In this document: piece by piece, positions 61,901 to 64,000 of the stretch
Layout of the letters: every line of letters starts with the position of its first letter
Position numbering within the stretch: the first letter of the stretch is position 1
From: a virus
DNA: 64,000 nt
Virus record (IMG/VR): IMGVR_UViG_3300045974_000806
Location: 32,001-96,000 of that record
Strand: one strand, 5' to 3'
The notes under the pieces: generated by a model
Told to the model about the DNA's origin: nothing
The model's database searches: none
Seen by the model: only the letters and a program-made list of their open reading frames with translations
Made by a program: the position numbers and the translations under genes

Positions 61901-64000
61901 CCCACGCCCCTGGCGGTGGCCGCCATTCCGGAGAAGAAGTGGGGCGTGGTGGGTTCCACCGCGTTCCGGAATTGGTTCGGGGACTGGACGGTGGGCCAAG
62001 GGTCCAAGGTGGTGAACGCGGACAACACGCCGGCGGAGCAGCACGGAGCCAAGCCGGCAACCATGTTCCACGGCACCGCGGTGGGCGGGTTCACGGAGTT
62101 CCGGAAGGACAAGGACAAGGGCACCAACATCTTTGGGCACGGCTTCTACTTCACGGCGGACAAGGGCATTGCCAAGTCCTACACGGAGAAGGATGCCAAT
62201 GAGGCCAAGGCCGCCGCCACGGGTTTCTTGGACAAGGAAGGCGAGCCCATCACGCACCTGACCAAGAAGCAGGCCGCGGAACTGGCGGAGAAGGCCGCGG
62301 GCAACGCCAACCCCAACTGGGACTACAACATCCTGCACGCGGTGAAGGCCGCCGCGGAGCCGGACGGCCGCGTCAATGTGGCCACCCTGTTGAAGGAGTT
62401 CTGGAACCCCACCGGAGTGGAGACGGACGGCGGCTACAAGCAGCCCAAGCGTGAAGTGATGCCCATGGGCGGCGTGCGCTTGGTGGGCGGCATCCAGGGC
62501 CTCTTTGGGAAGAACCGCGCCGGTGAATACCACGTCAAGCCGGTCATTCCGGAGTCCCAGGTCTTTGAGGTGTACCTCAACATCCGGAACCCGGTGGACA
62601 TGGACAAGGCCATGACCCGCGCGGACTTTGCGGAGTACGCGGCGTTCACGCACCGGCGTGCGTTGGAGCGTCTGAACAAGGAGTTGGAGCAGGACAAGGC
62701 CCGCGTGGAGACGAAGCGCGGGGAGATGGCGTCCGCCAAGGTGAAGCTGGCCGCGCTGGCCCCCACGCCCCCGCAGCCTACGGAGATGCGGGTTCCGGAA
62801 GGCAAGCGGAAGGCCGTCCCCATGCCGGTGGAGGAGTGGACCGGTGAGATGCGCCGGGCGATTGATGACCCCACGCATGGACAGCACGCAATGGCCCAGG
62901 CGTTTGCTTCCTGGGAGCACGCAAAGAACGAACGGGAGTTCCTGTCCCAGGCCGCGGCCGGGGAGGGCTATGACGGGTTCAACAACGCGGTGGCGCATTC
63001 CGTCCGCACCCAGGCCCGCATTGATGCCGTCCGGCGTGAGGTTCCCGGGGAGTTCCTGCACGGCGTGCAGATGGATGACGTGGCCCCGCGTGAGCACCGC
63101 CTCTCAGACCAAAGTGAGAGCGCCGCCAGCTATGATGACTTTGTGGCGGTGAAGCGCAGCATCAAGGGGGACCGCACCAAGCCGGAGATGGTCACCTACG
63201 GCGGCACGTCCCGCGCCCGGGCCGGCATCCTCTACGTGGGGGAGCAGAAGCCGGGCGCCATCACCTGGGGTGAGATGCATTGGTTGATGTCCAACGGGCA
63301 TGAGGCGTCCAGCCCGCGCGCGGACTTCGACGAGTGGGCGCGCGCCACGGGAAAGGATGGCGTTCACCACACCGGCGGATGGAACATTGGCACCCACGCG
63401 CATGACGTGTGGATTGCGTTTGAACCCAACCAGATCAAGTCCTCCACGGCCAACACCACGTTTGACCCGGCCTCCAATGACATGGAGAAGGCCGGCCCTT
63501 ACGTTGGCCCGCACGGCGGGCTTTGGGCGGACCCCAAGCACACCATCCATTGGTCCGCGGTCCCGCACTGGGCGCAGAAGATGGCCGCCAGCCACGCCGC
63601 GGAGATCAAGCCACACCCCACGGACCCGCACAGCCTGGAAGTGGCCGTGCCGGTGAAGCACGCTCCGGAACTGGGCTACCAGCAGGGCCAGCACGCGGTG
63701 CCCCACAACGTGAAGCTGTCCGCGGACCTCAAGCAGGCCACGTTGCAGGTCCCCGCCCTCCCGGTGGCGCCGGACGTTCAGGCGCTTGGACGTCCAGACG
63801 TCCAGACGCCCGCCCCGGCTCCCACGCCCCCGCCTGCCCCTGTGGCACCGCCCCCGCCGCCCGCGCCCCTGGCCGGCGTGGCGCCCACGGGCAAGCCCAA
63901 GCGCAAGGGCATCACCGTGGCCCAGTTGGATATGTTTGCGCCCGCTCCGGCTGCGACGGCTCCCGTCGCACCGGTGGTGCAGGCGCCGGCAACCCCTGCT
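58964..64000 (+). CDS. MuF-like head protein with intein, then InPase-like and ADP-ribosyltransferase-like domains (runs off window)
   Basis: Translated by hand: no stop from ATG 58964 to the window end. RIAITE, CGAC, HPH|CQC; YGEIVGTKGADGDPVDVF...FDEDKAFLGF; FRNWFGDW, FHGT, GFYFT, YLNIRNP, FEPNQIKS. Confidence 0.88.
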   Translation, partial: MPLLTARLIQEIKEIIRKHHTAFVANAFGKDVLPPEAVEKLRAAGLISQTQGSSLDDAYLYGQVMAQVEKPEVAEWSAAQVRSYAAQNPVPLTQVEREAVKTARLTGAEYCQGLGNVIEKQTGQLLIEADHALREDLQGKIADATAVNIAARGTVKALKTDLGWATQDWARNLDRIAITEKQNAMQQGVADGIRKRVGEEARVSIRCMPDACGACRAFSIGPDGAPRIYRLSQLGPPGSNVHRKQNAWVACVGAVHPHCHPAGTVVQTRRGRIPIETVVPGDMVLTHRGRWMPVSHTWASRYSGIMLRVRTESAVVDVTPEHPLFRSNGTTASAQNLQQGDNLLDLRLDGEPAPSVQGDADHGPSAPLERAHLARILFGLSPAGVPVAAVNFHGELFLWEGNVHQKRAHNEAWEPSHSDGAKRLMDEAFTGTFELTALGLKHLEDVPTGVPFATSGCMRSVGAGTTFLRAGPGVAEALGFPHPADDVSSTLQAEHHGPTGHPQPPGNLLYREQLVEVQVYKDRFINFAPVHHEPSVAFSAPTVRQAASIVNVSSNQFDGLVFNLTVPEDHSYTANGLASHNCQCQLVRLPVGWGYNAEGEMEPGGRFGVEVPEDEEEAEKAFRMEVEHREAMQKGGTLDFQGMPIRIEQDAGEVRHWRDRHGESGSTTMQHAYGEIVGTKGADGDPVDVFLGMNPNASHVYVVHQRKKRADGTFGGFDEDKAFLGFSSPEEAKAAYLLHYDNPEFFGGMSAVGLEDFRARVGAPGPLVGEPVHTPELTFTVALPESAADMAKAAVRPPAVPDMTFTLGKAFGQAAAGHKYIRRTYTKGHWVYEYAEQHGGHVSSHATDPDKVMLKVEPHHANALAALAEMHGIHPELVHGSTHVMLPLTHAQADSIHHGETGTPIPAAMLPTPALATVLPFPTPAQVAPVAPAPLAPTVAPAPAQVAPRARPAPAQQMGLFDTMPAAQAVTQSPVTHPAPTPLAVAAIPEKKWGVVGSTAFRNWFGDWTVGQGSKVVNADNTPAEQHGAKPATMFHGTAVGGFTEFRKDKDKGTNIFGHGFYFTADKGIAKSYTEKDANEAKAAATGFLDKEGEPITHLTKKQAAELAEKAAGNANPNWDYNILHAVKAAAEPDGRVNVATLLKEFWNPTGVETDGGYKQPKREVMPMGGVRLVGGIQGLFGKNRAGEYHVKPVIPESQVFEVYLNIRNPVDMDKAMTRADFAEYAAFTHRRALERLNKELEQDKARVETKRGEMASAKVKLAALAPTPPQPTEMRVPEGKRKAVPMPVEEWTGEMRRAIDDPTHGQHAMAQAFASWEHAKNEREFLSQAAAGEGYDGFNNAVAHSVRTQARIDAVRREVPGEFLHGVQMDDVAPREHRLSDQSESAASYDDFVAVKRSIKGDRTKPEMVTYGGTSRARAGILYVGEQKPGAITWGEMHWLMSNGHEASSPRADFDEWARATGKDGVHHTGGWNIGTHAHDVWIAFEPNQIKSSTANTTFDPASNDMEKAGPYVGPHGGLWADPKHTIHWSAVPHWAQKMAASHAAEIKPHPTDPHSLEVAVPVKHAPELGYQQGQHAVPHNVKLSADLKQATLQVPALPVAPDVQALGRPDVQTPAPAPTPPPAPVAPPPPPAPLAGVAPTGKPKRKGITVAQLDMFAPAPAATAPVAPVVQAPATPA
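59942..60559 (-). CDS. HTH + Vsr/DUF559 (EDxHD-like) endonuclease encoded antisense inside the intein
   Basis: EIARRLGVARGTV (HTH); KSPGE, VDIAFPQEKLAVEVDGGNWH, QDARK..LKRRGWSVVRI; GGAGG upstream of ATG 60559. Confidence 0.85.
   Translation of the reverse strand: MVYRREIDEAVLVDLHLNQLLPVQEIARRLGVARGTVVLRLERAGHVVRGMGEAQRLRNARSSPEERSARANAAHAARRGKRNSRGHILKVLQAQSGQLKSPGERLIHEALCAVGMAGLPGFIVGTFLVDIAFPQEKLAVEVDGGNWHASGRKAKQDARKMRALKRRGWSVVRITLDRRRGFSVQAEVQKVVTLLEVLRGSGGSV
60587..60615 (-). promoter_or_regulatory. candidate promoter for the antisense endonuclease
   Basis: Minus strand TTGACA (60615-60610), 17 nt, CACCGT (60592-60587), about 28 nt before the ATG. Confidence 0.55.

Noticed and set aside
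42606-63553. GPFIG repeats or promoter repeats as a CRISPR array or DGR template/variable pair
   Set aside because: They are dispersed, either in-frame or promoter-like, with no regular spacers. No cas or reverse transcriptase gene and no adenine-specific mismatch pattern was seen.
1-64000. tRNA, rRNA, integrase or IS elements
   Set aside because: None recognised by eye; a tRNAscan or Infernal run would be needed to exclude small RNAs.

Overview
A 64-kb segment of a large, high-GC tailed dsDNA phage. The host cannot be determined from the sequence. Essentially all genes are on the + strand. Order: (1) replication/recombination module with an Hfq-like protein, DnaB, primase, a sigma-like factor, PolA, gp32-like SSB, RecA, SbcD/SbcC flanked by HNH endonucleases, RuvC, a beta-clamp-like protein and a CHAP hydrolase; (2) nucleotide-metabolism and accessory genes with two repeated promoter classes; (3) head module with terL, portal and four very large multidomain proteins. 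The last of these is a MuF-like ORF (58964 to past the window end) that is absent from the supplied ORF track. Best finding: this ORF carries an intact in-frame intein (59738-60706) whose central region encodes, on the opposite strand and in codon register, an HTH plus Vsr/EDxHD-type endonuclease with its own SD and candidate sigma70 promoter. Other strong signals: an 8-copy (L/M/V)xK(S/A/G)-GPFIGPxGGxWADxxH tag that splits the head-region proteins into enzyme cargo modules, many with QxxLF clamp-binding-like motifs; roughly 90 copies of the palindrome TTCCGGAA, also built into the early promoters; and strong avoidance of CTSSAG and SAGCTS. All calls come from motif recognition and counts by eye. 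No database searches were run.
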